NCBI GenBank assembly: GCA_964016885.1
Contig: OZ024746.1
Location: forward strand, 100,874,001-100,938,000
Origin: Eledone cirrhosa
Taxonomy: Eukaryota
DNA: 64,000 nt
Direction of reading: 5' to 3'
Shown: piece after piece, positions 40,801 through 53,450 of the stretch
Numbering within the stretch: position 1 is the first letter of the stretch
Layout of the letters: each line of letters opens with the position of its first letter
Translations under genes and position numbers: made by a program
The notes under the pieces: model-generated
What the model saw: only the letters and a program-made list of their open reading frames with translations
The model's database searches: none
What the model was told of the DNA's origin: nothing

Positions 40801-43800
40801 GCAGAGTGGACATAATATAGCAACTGTTGATAGTTGAAAGTAACTGGAGAGTGGACATAATATAGCGACTGTTGATAGTTGAAAGTCATTGGAGAGTGGA
40901 CATAATATAGCGACTGTTGATAGTTGAAAGTCATTGGAGAGTGGACATAATATAGCGACTGTTGATAGTTGAAAGTCATTGGAGAGTGGACATAATATAG
41001 CGACTGTTGATAGTTGAAAGTAACTGGAGAGTGGACATAATGTGGCAACTGTTGATAGTTGAAAGTAACTGGAGAGTGGACATAATATAGCGACTGTTGA
41101 TAGTTGAAAGTCATTGGAGAGTGGACATAATATAGCGACTGTTGATAGTTGAAAGTCATTGGAGAGTGGACATAATATAGCGACTGTTGATAGTTGAAAG
41201 TCATTGGAGAGTGGACATAATATAGCGACTGTTGATAGTTGAAAGTCATTGGAGAGTGGACATAATATAGTGACTGTTGATAGTTGAAACTAACTGGAGA
41301 GTGGACATAATATAGCGACTGTTGATAGTTGAAAGTAACTGGAGAGTGGACATAATGTGGCAACTGTTGATAGTTGAAAGTAACTGGAGAGTGGACATAA
41401 TGTGGCAACTGTTGATAGTTGAAAGTAACTGGAGAGTTGACATAATGTGGCAACTGTTGATAGTTGAAAGTAACTGGAGAGTGGACATAATATAGCGACT
41501 GTTGATAGTTGAAAGTCATTGGAGAGTGGACATAATATAGCGACTGTTGATAGTTGAAAGTCATTGGAGAGTGGACATAATATAGCGACTGTTGATAGTT
41601 GAAAGTCATTGGAGAGTGGACATAATATAGCGACTGTTGATAGTTGAAAGTCATTGGAGAGTGGACATAATATAGCGACTGTTGATAGTTGAAAGTCATT
41701 GGAGAATGGACATAATATAGCGACTGTTGATAGTTGAAAGTCATTGGAGAGTGGACATAATATAGCGACTGTTGATAGTTGAAAGTCATTGGAGAGTGGA
41801 CATAATATAGCGACTGTTGATAGTTGAAAGTCATTGGAGAGTGGACATAATATAGCGACTGTTGATAGTTGAAAGTCATTGGAGAGTGGACATAATATAG
41901 CGACTGTTGATAGTTGAAAGTCATTGGAGAGTGGACATAATATAGCAACTGTTGATAGTTGAAAGTAACTGGAGAGTGGACATAATATAGCGACTGTTGA
42001 TAGTTGAAAGTCATTGGAGAGTGGACATAATATAGCGACTGTTGATAGTTGAAAGTCATTGGAGAGTGGACATAATATAGCAACTGTTGATAGTTGAAAG
42101 TAACTGGAGAGTGGACATAATATAGCGACTGTTGATAGTTGAAAGTCATTGGAGAGTGGACATAATATAGCGACTGTTGATAGTTGAAAGTCATTGGAGA
42201 GTGGACATAATATAGCGACTGTTGATAGTTGAAAGTCATTGGAGAGTGGACATAATATAGCGACTGTTGATATTTGAAAGTAACTGGAGAGTGGACATAA
42301 TGTGGCAACTGTTGATAGTTGAAAGTAACTGGAGAGTGGACATAATATAGCGACTGTTGATAGTTGAAAGTCATTGGAGAGTGGACATAATATAGCGACT
42401 GTTGATAGTTGAAAGTCATTGGAGAGTGGACATAATATAGCGACTGTTGATAGTTGAAAGTCATTGGAGAGTGGACATAATATAGCGACTGTTGATAGTT
42501 GAAAGTCATTGGAGAGTGGACATAATATAGTGACTGTTGATAGTTGAAACTAACTGGAGAGTGGACATAATATAGCGACTGTTGATAGTTGAAAGTAACT
42601 GGAGAGTGGACATAATGTGGCAACTGTTGATAGTTGAAAGTAACTGGAGAGTGGACATAATATAGCGACTGTTGATAGTTGAAAGTCATTGGAAAGTGGA
42701 CATAATGGGGCAACTGTTGATAGTTGAAAGTAACTGGAGAGTGGACATAATGTGGCAACTGTTGATAGTTGAAAGTAACTGGAGAGTGGACATAATATAG
42801 TGACTGTTGATAGTTGAAACTAACTGGAGAGTGGACATAATATAGCGACTGTTGATAGTTGAAAGTAACTGGAGAGTGGACATAATGTGGCAACTGTTGA
42901 TAGTTGAAAGTAACTGGAGAGTCGACATAATGTGGCAACTGTTGATAGTTGAAAGTAACTGGAGAGTGGACATAATGTGGCAACTGTTGATAGTTGAAAG
43001 TAACTGGAGAGTGGACATAATATAGCGACTGTTGATAGTTGAAAGTAACTGGAGAGTGGACATAATGTGGCAACTGTTGATAGTTGAAAGTAACTGGAGA
43101 GTGGACATAATGTGGCAACTGTTGATAGTTGAAAGTAACTGGAGAGTGGACATAATGTGGCAACTGTTGATAGTTGAAAGTAACTGGAGAGTGGACATAA
43201 TGTGGCAACTGTTGATAGTTGAAAGTAACTGGAGAGTGGACATAATATAGCGACTGTTGATAGTTGAAAGTAACTGGAGAGTGGACATAATGTGGCAACT
43301 GTTGATAGTTGAAAGTAACTGGAGAGTGGACATAATGTGGCAACTGTTGATAGTTGAAAGTAACTGGAGAGTGGACATAATGTGGCAACTGTTGATAGTT
43401 GAAAGTAACTGGAGAGTGGACATAATATAGCGACTGTTGATAGTTGAAAGTAACTGGAGAGTGGACATAATGTGGCAACTGTTGATAGTTGAAAGTAACT
43501 GGAGAGTGGACATAATATAGCGACTGTTGATAGTTGAAAGTCATTGGAAAGTGGACATAATGTGGCAACTGTTGATAGTTGAAAGTAACTGGAGAGTGGA
43601 CATAATATAGCGACTGTTGATAGTTGAATGTCATTGGAGAGTGGACATAATATGGCAACTGTTGATAGTTGAAAGTCATTGGAGAGTGGACATAATGTGG
43701 CAACTGTTGATAGTTGAAAGTAACTGGAGAGTGGACATAATATGGCAACTGTTGATAGTTGAAAGTAACTGGAGAGTGGACATAATATGGCAACTGTTGA

Positions 43801-45290
43801 TAGTTGAAAGTAACTGGAGAGTGGACATAATATAGCGACTGTTGATAGTTGAAAGTCATTGGAGAGTGGACATAATATGGCAACTGTTGATAGTTGAAAG
43901 TCATTGGAGAGTGGACATAATATGGCGACTGTTGATAGTTGAAAGTAACTGGAGAGTGGACATAATATGGCGACTGTTGATAGTTGAAAGTAACTGGAGA
44001 GTGGACATAATGTGGCAACTGTTGATAGTTGAAAGTAACTGGAGAGTGGACATAATGTGGCAACTATTGATAGTTGAAAGTAACTGGAGAGTGGACATAA
44101 TATAGCGACTGTTGATAGTTGAAAGTAACTGGAGAGTGGACATAATGTGGCAACTGTTGATAGTTGAAAGTAACTGGAGAGTGGACATAATGTGGCAACT
44201 GTTGATAGTTGAAAGTAACTGGAGAGTGGACATAATGTGGCAACTGTTGATAGTTGAAAGTAACTGGAGAGTGGACATAATGTGGCAACTGTTGATAGTT
44301 GAAAGTAACTGGAGAGTGGACATAATGTGGCAACTGTTGATAGTTGAAAGTAACTGGAGAGTGGACATAATATAGCGACTGTTGATAGTTGAAAGTCATT
44401 GGAAAGTGGACATAATGTGGCAACAGTTGATAGTTGAAAGTAACTGGAGAGTGGACATAATATAGCGACTGTTGATAGTTGAATGTCATTGGAGAGTGGA
44501 CATAATATGGCAACTGTTGATAGTTGAAAGTCATTGGAGAGTGGACATAATGTGGGAAGTGTTGATAGTTGAAAGTAACTGGAGAGTGGACATAATATGG
44601 CAACTGTTGACAGTTGAAAGTAACTGGAGAGTGGACATAATATGGCAACTGTTGATAGTTGAAAGTAACTGGAGAGTGGACATAATATAGCGACTGTTGA
44701 TAGTTGAAAGTCATTGGAGAGTGGACATAATATGGCAACTGTTGATAGTTGAAAGTCATTGGAGAGTGGACATAATATGGCGACTGTTGATAGTTGAAAG
44801 TAACTGGAGAGTGGACATAATATGGCGACTGTTGATAGTTGAAAGTAACTGGAGAGTGGACATAATATAGCGACTGTTGATAGTTGAAAGTAACTGGAGA
44901 GTGGACATAATATGGCGACTGTTGATAGTTGAAAGTAACTGGAGAGTGGACATAATGTGGCAACTGTTGATAGTTGAAAGTAACTGGAGAGTGGACATAA
45001 TATAGCGACTGTTGATAGTTGAAAGTAACTGGAGAGTGGACATAATATAGTGACTGTTGATAGTTGAAAGTAACTGGAGAGTGGACATAATATAGCCACT
45101 GTTGATAGTTGAAAGTAACTGGAGAGTGTACATAATATGGCGACTGTTGATAGTTGAAAGTCATTGGAGAGTGGACATAATGTGGCAACTGTTGATAGTT
45201 GAAAGTAACTGGAGGGTGGACATAATATAGCAACTGTTGATAGTTGAAAGTCATTGGAGAGTGGACATAATATAGCGACTGTTGATAGTT
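13875..45290. repeat. 31.4-kb satellite, 45-bp monomer TTGATAGTTGAAAGT[CAT/AAC]TGGAGAGTGGACATAAT[ATAGCG/GTGGCA]ACTG, ~698 copies
   Basis: Directly visible. The 45-bp phase holds throughout apart from a 1-bp loss at ~21835 and a 2-bp loss at ~30464. Confidence 0.99.
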
Positions 45291-45639
45291 TAAAAGTTTC
45301 TATCCCAAAGAAGAATCTATTTCTCAAATGTTTCTACATTGTAATTATAAGATTTTTCTTTAATTTTATCATTTAACATCAATATCATTTTATATGCTTA
45401 GTCTAACAGTTTTATTTTTAAACTTTACTTTTCAATTTAAATATCTTAGTTATATATTTTTCTTTTTTGTCTTGTTGCTTTAAATGTTTTTGTTTTATTT
45501 TTTAAGATGGCAAAATTTAAGATACACAACCAGTTTCTTGATTGTATTTTAGTCAAATGATATTTCTCCCTCTTAATTTCATTAAAACTATGCTATTTTT
45601 ACTCTCAACACAGGATTAACTTTAAACATTGTTTACAGA

Positions 45640-46130
45640 TAAACATCAGATGAATGATTGATGAATTATTGATGAATTAACTGATTTTCTTGAAATATAC
45701 TTCCCATAGTTTCATATTTTTTCTGATAACATTGATGGTGATGTGTCAGTGGGTATCTTAACATCTATTCATTTGTCAGGAAGCAGTATTTAGTGCTATG
45801 AACCTGTATATCAAGAGCTCTTCCAATGTATTGGAGGATTGTTTAAGATTTTTATATGCCTGGACACTACTTGTAATATCTAAAATGCTATTTGCTTCTA
45901 TATACAACCCTATTACAAATCACACTGTATCAGTGCTACTTCTACTGCTTATTAATTTGAGCTGGTCAAGTTTATACTGTATGCAAATAAACATCATCAG
46001 CCATTGTTCATAAACAAAAAGCTATAAGCTTTCAGCAGCAAAGGATGAAGTTCCTCCAAAGAAGGATAATAATCCAGAAACAGTGCCATCAGATTCTCTC
46101 CTTTTGTTGCTGAGATAACTGTAACTTGAT
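45640..46130 (-). mobile_element. Possible highly decayed non-LTR retrotransposon remnant (restriction-like endonuclease region)
   Basis: The minus strand near 45700-45790 gives a frameshifted CFL..IDVKIPTD..EK, reminiscent of the C.LIDVxIPxD..EK motif of R4/NeSL-type elements. Weak match. Confidence 0.3.
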
Positions 46131-46252
46131 CACAACTTCTTAAAACATCATAGCAAGGCTAAAAAGGATTTTATTATACATAAACATATTGTATATACAA
46201 CCCTTTTACATTATGTTTACAATGCATTTGTAAACAATAAAAATCTTATAAT

Positions 46253-47120
46253 ATTTGAATACATGTAAAAATGAGAAAACTCATCACTAGATGCAGCTAT
46301 TAAAACAGGTAAATTCTGTCAAAGACAGCGATGGGTGAAAATGCCTCAGTGGACAGAGACCAGCAGCCAGTGGTCAACAGAGAGACAATCCACAAGGTGG
46401 GTGACAGATGAAATGTAGAAAACATTGAAAGAGGGGGAGGACAAGGAGATGTGTGTTGGTGCCATCATACTTCTCCTTGTCTTCTCCTCTTTCAATGATT
46501 AGCTTTCTGTTTAGGACAGACACCACAGCTTCAGCTCCACTATCCCATTATTTTCTGTTTAGGACAGACACCACAGCTTCAGCTCCACTATCCCATTATT
46601 TTCTGTTTAGGACAGACACCACAGCTTCAGCTCCACTATCCCATTATTTTCTGTTTAGGACAGACACCACAGCTTCAGCTCCACTATCCCATTATTTTCT
46701 GTTTAGGACAGACACCACAGCTTCAGCTCCACTATCCCATTATTTTCTGTTTAGGACAGACACCACAGCTTCAGCTCCACTATCCCATTATTTTCCTTTT
46801 CTTTGTTTTCTTTTGTGCTGTTTTATCACACACACATCATACTAGCAGAAAGATTTATTTTTCTGTAAAGCTATCTTGTACATCACCTTTCTTTATTTCC
46901 TCTTCAGATCACTTCTGTGCACAAGTCACTTCTAGTCTGCCTCCTCTTTCAATCTTTTCTATATATCATCTGCTTGTCACCCACCTTGTCTCTCTGTTGA
47001 CCACTGGCCACTGGTCTCTGTCCAATGAGGCATTTTTACCCATCGCTGTCTTTGACAGCATTTAACTGTTTTAATGGCTGTTCTAATGATGAGTTTTCTC
47101 ATTTTTGTATGTATTTAAAT
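46253..47120. mobile_element. Foldback/MITE with ~190-bp terminal inverted repeats
   Basis: 46253-46440 (aaaatgagaaaactcatca..ctgtcaaagacagcgatgggt..aaatgcctca..ggacagagaccag..ccagtggtcaacagagagacaa..ggtgggtgaca) is the reverse complement of ~46935-47120. Confidence 0.85.
46504..46795. repeat. 48-bp minisatellite x6 inside the foldback element
   Basis: Perfect copies of TTTCTGTTTAGGACAGACACCACAGCTTCAGCTCCACTATCCCATTAT. Confidence 0.97.
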
Positions 47121-47258
47121 ACACTCTTACTTCGTCTCGATCAGAGACAACATTGTTTTTTCTTATAATATTAGAATTCAAATGATTTATTTGGTATTTG
47201 AGTTATTCCCAATATAATTTATTTTTACAATATGCATTTCTTTTTTTTAACTCAACAG

Positions 47259-47346
47259 ATTTCATACACAATTTTAAAACTTGGTTCTCCAGTAAAAGTA
47301 TTCTGTGAAGCAACTGGTAAACAGTATCTTCCCATGATATCAAGAG
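47259..47346 (+). CDS. Exon (ISYTILKLGSPVKVFCEATGKQYLPMISR)
   Basis: ttttttttaactcaacag| acceptor and GAG|gtaatg donor. 88 nt, phase 0-1, continuing the frame of exon 13743-13807. Confidence 0.8.
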
Positions 47347-47394
47347 GTAATGAGAAATGAAGTACAATGGTTACTTATCAGTCTTTTATAGTAT

Positions 47395-47580
47395 CCTCCT
47401 CATCTTCAACATTTTAATACATATCTGTCCATACTGCCTGGAAATGGATGGATTAGTTGTATAGCATATGAACACTTATCTCAATCTTGCATGATTTCAT
47501 TCATGATGTCCAGTATCTTATTATCTCACTTTGCCACTTCCTTCCATGTTTTCCTTAGTCTTCCTTTGCTCTAGGCATCT
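47395..47580 (-). mobile_element. Decayed RTE 3' fragment
   Basis: The minus strand of ~47530-47570 reads KGRLRKTWKEVAK, and a degenerate (ATC)n-like tail lies at ~47395. Confidence 0.45.
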
Positions 47581-47699
47581 AGCACATCATCCTGATGGCA
47601 AGTGTGGAGGAGGGCTTCTTATTACGAAGTCGGCGGATGGTCTGCTGATCCGAAGTCGGATTCCATCTTAACACCAAAGTCCTCCCATGTGTTAACTTT

Positions 47700-49175
47700 G
47701 GACACCTTTACTGTCTCTGCTGTGATACTTCTGAGGTCACAAGAGCAGTTAAAAAGCTCAAATGTGGCAAAGCCTTAAATAGAGAAGGTATTCTCTGGCT
47801 GACTCGTGTGTGCTGGGTTGCTGGGATCTCTGGAAAGGCACCTAAGCAATGGCAATTGGGAGTAATAATCCCAAATTTCAAGAAGGGAGACAAGAGAAAT
47901 TGTTCCAATTACAGAGGGTCCCCTTGTTAAGCCTCCCTGGTAAAGTCTAAGTTTCTGGCATGGAGATTGTTGAGTTCAAGCTAGCTGATGAACAGTGTGG
48001 TTTTCACCCCGGACACAGCACAGCTGACCAAATATACTGCGTAAGGTCTTCGAGAAATCGTGGGAGTATTGCCAAGAGATGTATTCTTGTTTTGTCGAAC
48101 TTGAAAAGGCATATGACTGCATTCCTTGGGACCTGCTGTGGAAGGTTGTGCAGGAGTATGTGATTGATGGTCAGCTTCTTGCTGCCCTGATGTCTTTATA
48201 CGAATGCCCAAGTATTTGTATTCGGATAGATGGTGCTAAATCAAAACCATTTAATGTGGGAGTTGGACTCCACCAATGGTGTGTACTGTCACCTCTTTTG
48301 TTCATTATTTACATGAACAGGATTGACAGCCGGGTTGGAAGTGGTATCATGACTGGTGGGTGTAAAATCCGTCAGCTAGAATTTGCAGACGACATGGTGT
48401 TACTTAACTTGACAGAGGATGACCTTCAACTTGCACTTGATAGGTTTGATGCTGAGTGCTGCATGGATGATTGAAAATCAGTGCTGTGAAAACTGAGATT
48501 CTTGTCCTCTCAAGAAGCCTGCGCAGTGTACTCTACATATCAATGGAGTTCCACTGAAGCAAGTGGAGAAGTTCAGGTATTTTGGAGCCATGTTCACAAG
48601 TGATGGAAGGCAGGAGACCAAATTACGGGCAAGAATTGCAGAAGCTGGTGCAATAATGTGCCAGCTTCAGCATTCAGTAATCAGAAGGGAGGTAGGCGTA
48701 AAAGCCAAACTCACTATTCGGTATTCATGCCAACCCTTACCTATGGTCATGAATCTTGGGTAATTACTGAAAGAATATGATTGCAAATACAAGCGGCCAA
48801 AATGGGGTTCCTCTGAAGAGTCTCTGGAGTAATGTTACTCGATAGAGTGTATAGCTCAGAGATCAGAGAGTCACTCCTGGTAGAGCTGCTACTTCTCCGG
48901 ATTGAGAGATCACAGATCCAATACTATGGACATGTGGTTAGAATGTCTCAGGAAAGAATCACTGGACAGATTTTACGGGCAAAACCAACTGTCAGGGGAC
49001 CCAGAAGTAGACCCTGAGCAATATGGTTGGATAACATCCATGAGCTTGGCTGGTCACGCTTGGGGATCCAGCTGGATCAGTTGGAGATGGTTGCTTCTGA
49101 CAGGACTTGTTGGAATGAGTGTTTGAGGACTCTGCCCCACAATTCTCTCAGGAATAAGTGGGTGAAGAAAAAGAA
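47700..49175 (+). mobile_element. 5'-truncated RTE-clade LINE, reverse transcriptase pseudogene
   Basis: RT motifs spread across frameshifts: IIPNFKKGDKRNCSNYRG, EQCGFHPGHSTADQ, CFVELEKAYD, GVGLHQWCVLSPLLFIIYM, LEFADD, VEKFRYFG, YYGHVVRM..RGPRSRP. Confidence 0.92.
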
Positions 49176-49964
49176 GAGAGTTAACACAAGTTACATCTAC
49201 TCTGCTCCTTTTTCTATCTACAATTCATTCCCAATAGATATCCACCATTTAACCATTAAGTGTAATGTGTGTATGGATAAAGCTACAGATGGAGAGGCTC
49301 TTGAGTTGGATCTTGGAAATGGTGTGAAAATATTTTGTTACTTTGTAGAACATGTTGAAGACCAAGGGAAAATAATACTTTGCCAGAGTATCTAGAGTGA
49401 GATGTGCATGGAAGAATTTTTGGGAACTGAATGGTGTGTTAATGAGGAGGGGAATGTACTGAAAAATGTGTGCTACATGTATGAGAAATGCCATGATTTA
49501 TGGGAATAAGATGTGACTGATGAATGGGAAGAAGCAGAAAAGGCTGGAAAAAATGGAAATGAGAATGGTCCGATGGATAGAGTATTGCTGAGAGAAAGAA
49601 TGACAAACAATGGGTAGTAAAGGATAGAAATAGAACTAGTTGTGAAAAGAAATGGAATGAGATGTGTTAAGGAAGATGAAAGTGATTGTGTGAGAGATGG
49701 AAATAAGTAGAGGAGGGGGACAACCAAGAAAGACATGGCTGGGAATTAAGGAGGAGGAAACAAAAGCCAGAAGGTTTGTGAAGAAGTATGTAGACATTTG
49801 TTGTAATTGTTTTGGCATTAATACACTGGTTGGAAGCCCTTCCTAACACCAGCACCACTTTACAGCATGGGCTGGGTGCTTTTATTCGTGCCACCAGCAC
49901 TAGAGAGGTCTTACTGGACTCAAGGGCCTTCTCCACCCAATAGTTTGGCATGGTTTTTAATAGC

Positions 49965-50415
49965 TGAATGCTACTACCATTGTGAGATGCGCAATGCTGC
50001 ATGGTAGTGAGACATGGGCAACAACTGCGGAGGATATGCGACAGCTGGAGAGAAATGAAGCAAGCATGCTCTGTTGGATGTGCAATGTCAATGTGCGTGA
50101 ACGACCAAGCATAGACAAGTTGAGAGAGAAACTGTGTATAAGAGGGATAAGTTGTAGTGTGAGGGAGAGAAGACTGCGATGGTATGGACATGTCATATGC
50201 ATGGAGGATGACCGCTGGGTAAAGAAGTGCCAAGAAATCCCAGTTGAAGGAAGACCACGAAAAACATGGGCAGAGGTGGTGAGAGCAGACCTCAGATCTC
50301 TGAAGCTCACAGAGGAGATGACAAAGGACTGTGACAAGTGGAGAGATGCTGTGTTGAATAGGACCCGTCCCACCCTTGCAAGCAGGAAAAAGCGAACGTA
50401 AAATGATGATGATAT
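49965..50415 (+). mobile_element. RTE LINE 3' end with (GAT)n tail
   Basis: ORF AMLHGSETWA..RRLRWYGHV..GRPRKTWAEVV, followed by aaatgatgatgat. Confidence 0.9.
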
Positions 50416-50556
50416 GTAGACATTGAAGTGAAATGGAGAAGCTTTTTGGATTCTTAAGGCTAACCTCTGCTTTAACAGGGAAGATGGCCTTAAAACATTT
50501 GTTGTTGTATACCCTATATTCTTTTTGTTGAAGATTATCTCAACTCTTCATTCCAG

Positions 50557-50639
50557 GATATCCAACTATATTTCAACAAAATCAACTGTTTCTTGATTTT
50601 CATCCGTCAACACTTAAAGTGAAAAATTTATCATTTCAA
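50557..50639 (+). CDS. Exon (GYPTIFQQNQLFLDFHPSTLKVKNLSFQ)
   Basis: ctcttcattccag| acceptor and CAA|gtaaga donor. 83 nt, phase 1-0, supplying exactly the phase change needed between 47346 and 54494. Confidence 0.75.
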
Positions 50640-51004
50640 GTAAGATAATTCTTTTACATTTTCAAACTACCCAACAGGCGAAATGGGAATTTAGATTAAT
50701 TTTGTTCTGATTAGAAAACGTATTTAATTATATAAACTATTTTGTGTTTGTAAACATAATTCATTTGTGAAGAAGATTGTTTTATCAACAAACCCCATAG
50801 ACACTTATGGACTCCTTCACTTTGTTCATTGAAAGTTTCCAGTTAGACCATCCATTTCTTCTTGTTCTGATAGATTTTGTTCTTCAACCCACATTCTAAG
50901 AATTCTGGTGTATGTGAGGTTTAGGGCTATGTCTCCTACACTCTTCCTCTAGCAAATCATAGATGTAAATTATATCCTTCTTCATTCATAAATGACATCC
51001 ATTT

Positions 51005-53450
51005 GCATCATCATCATCGTCATCATCTTTGAATGTCCATTTTCCACGCTAGCATGGGTTACACAGGTTGTCCCATTTTAGACAGTTTGATCCAACCCCA
51101 CATTTACAGTGTGTGCTGGGTGCTTTTTGTCATGTCACCTACATGACCACTTTAGAGTGTGGGATGGGTACTTTTTGTCGTGACACCTACACAACCACTT
51201 TACAGTGTGGGCTGGATGCCTTTTTGTGATACCAACATAACAGGGTGGTGTGGGCTGGAGTAGGAGGGTGGGGGTATATGGAAAGGAATATAGTGGTTAA
51301 GAGGTGCCTATAAGATGTGTGTTTGAGTCCATGTACATGGGAAGGCGTGTCTTCTGTATTACTGTATAACGCCAAAGATCTCGATCTTGAGTCATTGTTT
51401 TTGAGAGGTGCAATTGTGTACAGTCAGCTTTTATCACCTCATCCCAGGTCTTCTTGGGTCTCCCTACTTGAATGCTTCCATCGACTTTGATCACCCTGCA
51501 CCTTTTTATACAGCTGTCATCCTTCATACACATCACATGTCCATACCAACGCAATCTCCTCTCTAGTATATTGAATCTGGTCCCTCTTCTGCCTAATTTC
51601 TCTCTTAGTTCAGTTATGCTTTACCGTTTGTGTATATTATTATTACACATCCATCGGAGCATGCATGCTTCATTTCTTTCCAATCTTCTCAGGTCCTCTG
51701 CGCACAGTGCCCAGGTCTCATTACCATGTATCACTGCTGTTCGTATGCACGCATCATACAGTCTTCCCTTCAGTTTAAGGGAGAAACCTTTTGTAGCTAG
51801 GAGTGGTAGTCGCTCCCTGCACTTCTTCTATCCTGTTCTTACTCTGGCTACTGTACTTTTGGGACACCTTCCTCCACAGCTGATTACATCACCAGAGTAA
51901 CGGAAATTGTCCACTATTTCTATAGAACCATCAGGGCAGTTGGAGGAGCTAGTATCCTGTGGTCACTTGCTACTTACTGCACCTGAGCATTGGCCACATA
52001 TAAAACCTACATTCTTTGATAGCCTGCCTTTGATCCCACTACATCTTTTATTTACCCATAGCTTGCATTTGGGGCATAGAATGAAATTTTTACCTACTCC
52101 TTTCCTACACATTGAGCAAGGCCATTTCCCTGAGGGGATCTGAGCCCTATTTTCCTTTCTACATACTAGGACTTTGGTCTTTGACAAGTTAACTTTAAGG
52201 CCTTTTGATTCTAAGCCATGCTTCCAGGTTTGGAATTTCTTCTCTAAATCTGCCATAGTTTCATCTATGAGAGTTAGATCACCTGCATATAGAAGTTCCC
52301 ATGGTCTTAAACTCTTCTGTTATAATAAACAGGAGAGGGCTAAGAACAGCCCTGATGAACACCTACCTGCAAGCTAAATTCTTCACTATAGTCATTCTTA
52401 ATTCTAACCTTGCTGACTGCTCCCTTATACATGGCTTGTATAGCTTTCACAAGCCACTCATCTACTCCTAGTTTTCTAAGAGCCCACCAGATAATGGAGC
52501 GGGGGGACTCTGTCAAAGGCTTTCTCCGAGTCAACAAAAGCTAAGTAGAGGGGTTTACTTTTAGCTAGGTACTTCTCTTACATTTCATCTAGTTTAATTT
52601 GATCCCTAATCAGCTGTGCGATGACTTAAAGTTAACTGTGACCTTTATGACTTGGTCAACCAACTTAATGCCTCTATAGTTTTCTCTGTCTAGAGATTTC
52701 CTTTGCCCTTGTAGCAGTTGACAATGATGCTGCTACGCCAGTCATTGAGTATGACACCATTTTGTATTACTTGGTTTACTATACGGGTGACCAGGGTATG
52801 TCCCACCATTCCAGACGCTTTCAACATCTCAGCAACTATCCCCGAAGGACCAGCTGCCTTGCCTGTCTTCCTATCTTCAATTGCCTTAGTTACTACTAAC
52901 CTGCACAGCCAGTCCCTCTGACCAACTTGGGGTAAACTATCTTCTTCCCATTCATTCTCCTCATTTAGTAGTCTTTCATAGGGGCACTTCCATGCTACCT
53001 TCTTTTCAGCATCAGTGAAGGGACTCTGTTATCATCACGGACACACTTCTCTCCATCAACATCACAATTTTCCTTGACACATTGTCTTGCAATCCTGAAC
53101 ACCTCATGCATTGCAGAACATGCTTAAATGTTTTATTTTCCACTTCCCTTCTTGCAAAGTACACTTGTCGTCTAGCTTCCCTCCTAGCCACCTGGTAGTG
53201 TTCTCTACTTCCACCATTCTTTCCAAGCCCACCTTTTGGCCTTAATTGTCTCCTCCACCCTACTGTTCGGCCACCAAGTCACTCTCCTTCTCCCTAAAGA
53301 CTTGCTCCAGCCACAAATTTCATTTGTCGCCTTCAGTAGGTTATCTTTCAGGAAATCCCACTGCTCCCCTATATAGTATATTTCTATTTGCTCTTCCTTA
53401 CCTTCAAAAGCATCAAATAACATGCCTCTAAATTTGCAATGTTTATAAAT
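51005..53450 (-). mobile_element. Decayed RTE LINE (RT, Cys-rich finger, 3' UTR and tail)
   Basis: Minus-strand remnants WWALRKLGVDEWLVKAIQAMY..QVGVHQG, LLYAGDL, WPCSMCRKGVGKNFILCPKCKLWVNKRC and RWYGHV..GRPKKTW, with an (ATC)n tail at ~51005. Confidence 0.92.

Noticed and set aside
13875-45290. CRISPR-like appearance (constant backbone with variable segments)
   Set aside because: The variable parts are 3-6-bp allelic sites, not unique spacers. There are no cas genes and the context is eukaryotic.
13839-45327. Giant minus-strand ORFs (up to 2330 aa) of the 15-aa repeat MTFNYQQSLYYVHSP, superficially a Q/Y/N-rich prion-like or structural protein
   Set aside because: A 45-bp unit without a stop in a given frame yields such ORFs automatically, and a second minus frame is similarly open. 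Stop-creating variants (GACCT, CTATT) were copied along with the higher-order repeats rather than purged, and the common variants are non-synonymous. There is no unique N-terminus (the 45327 start is TTG), and the array lies antisense within an intron.
45507-45560. Acceptor-like ttttaag| followed by ATGGCAAAA..
   Set aside because: It has no convincing donor before an in-frame TGA, and the exon chain is already in frame without it.
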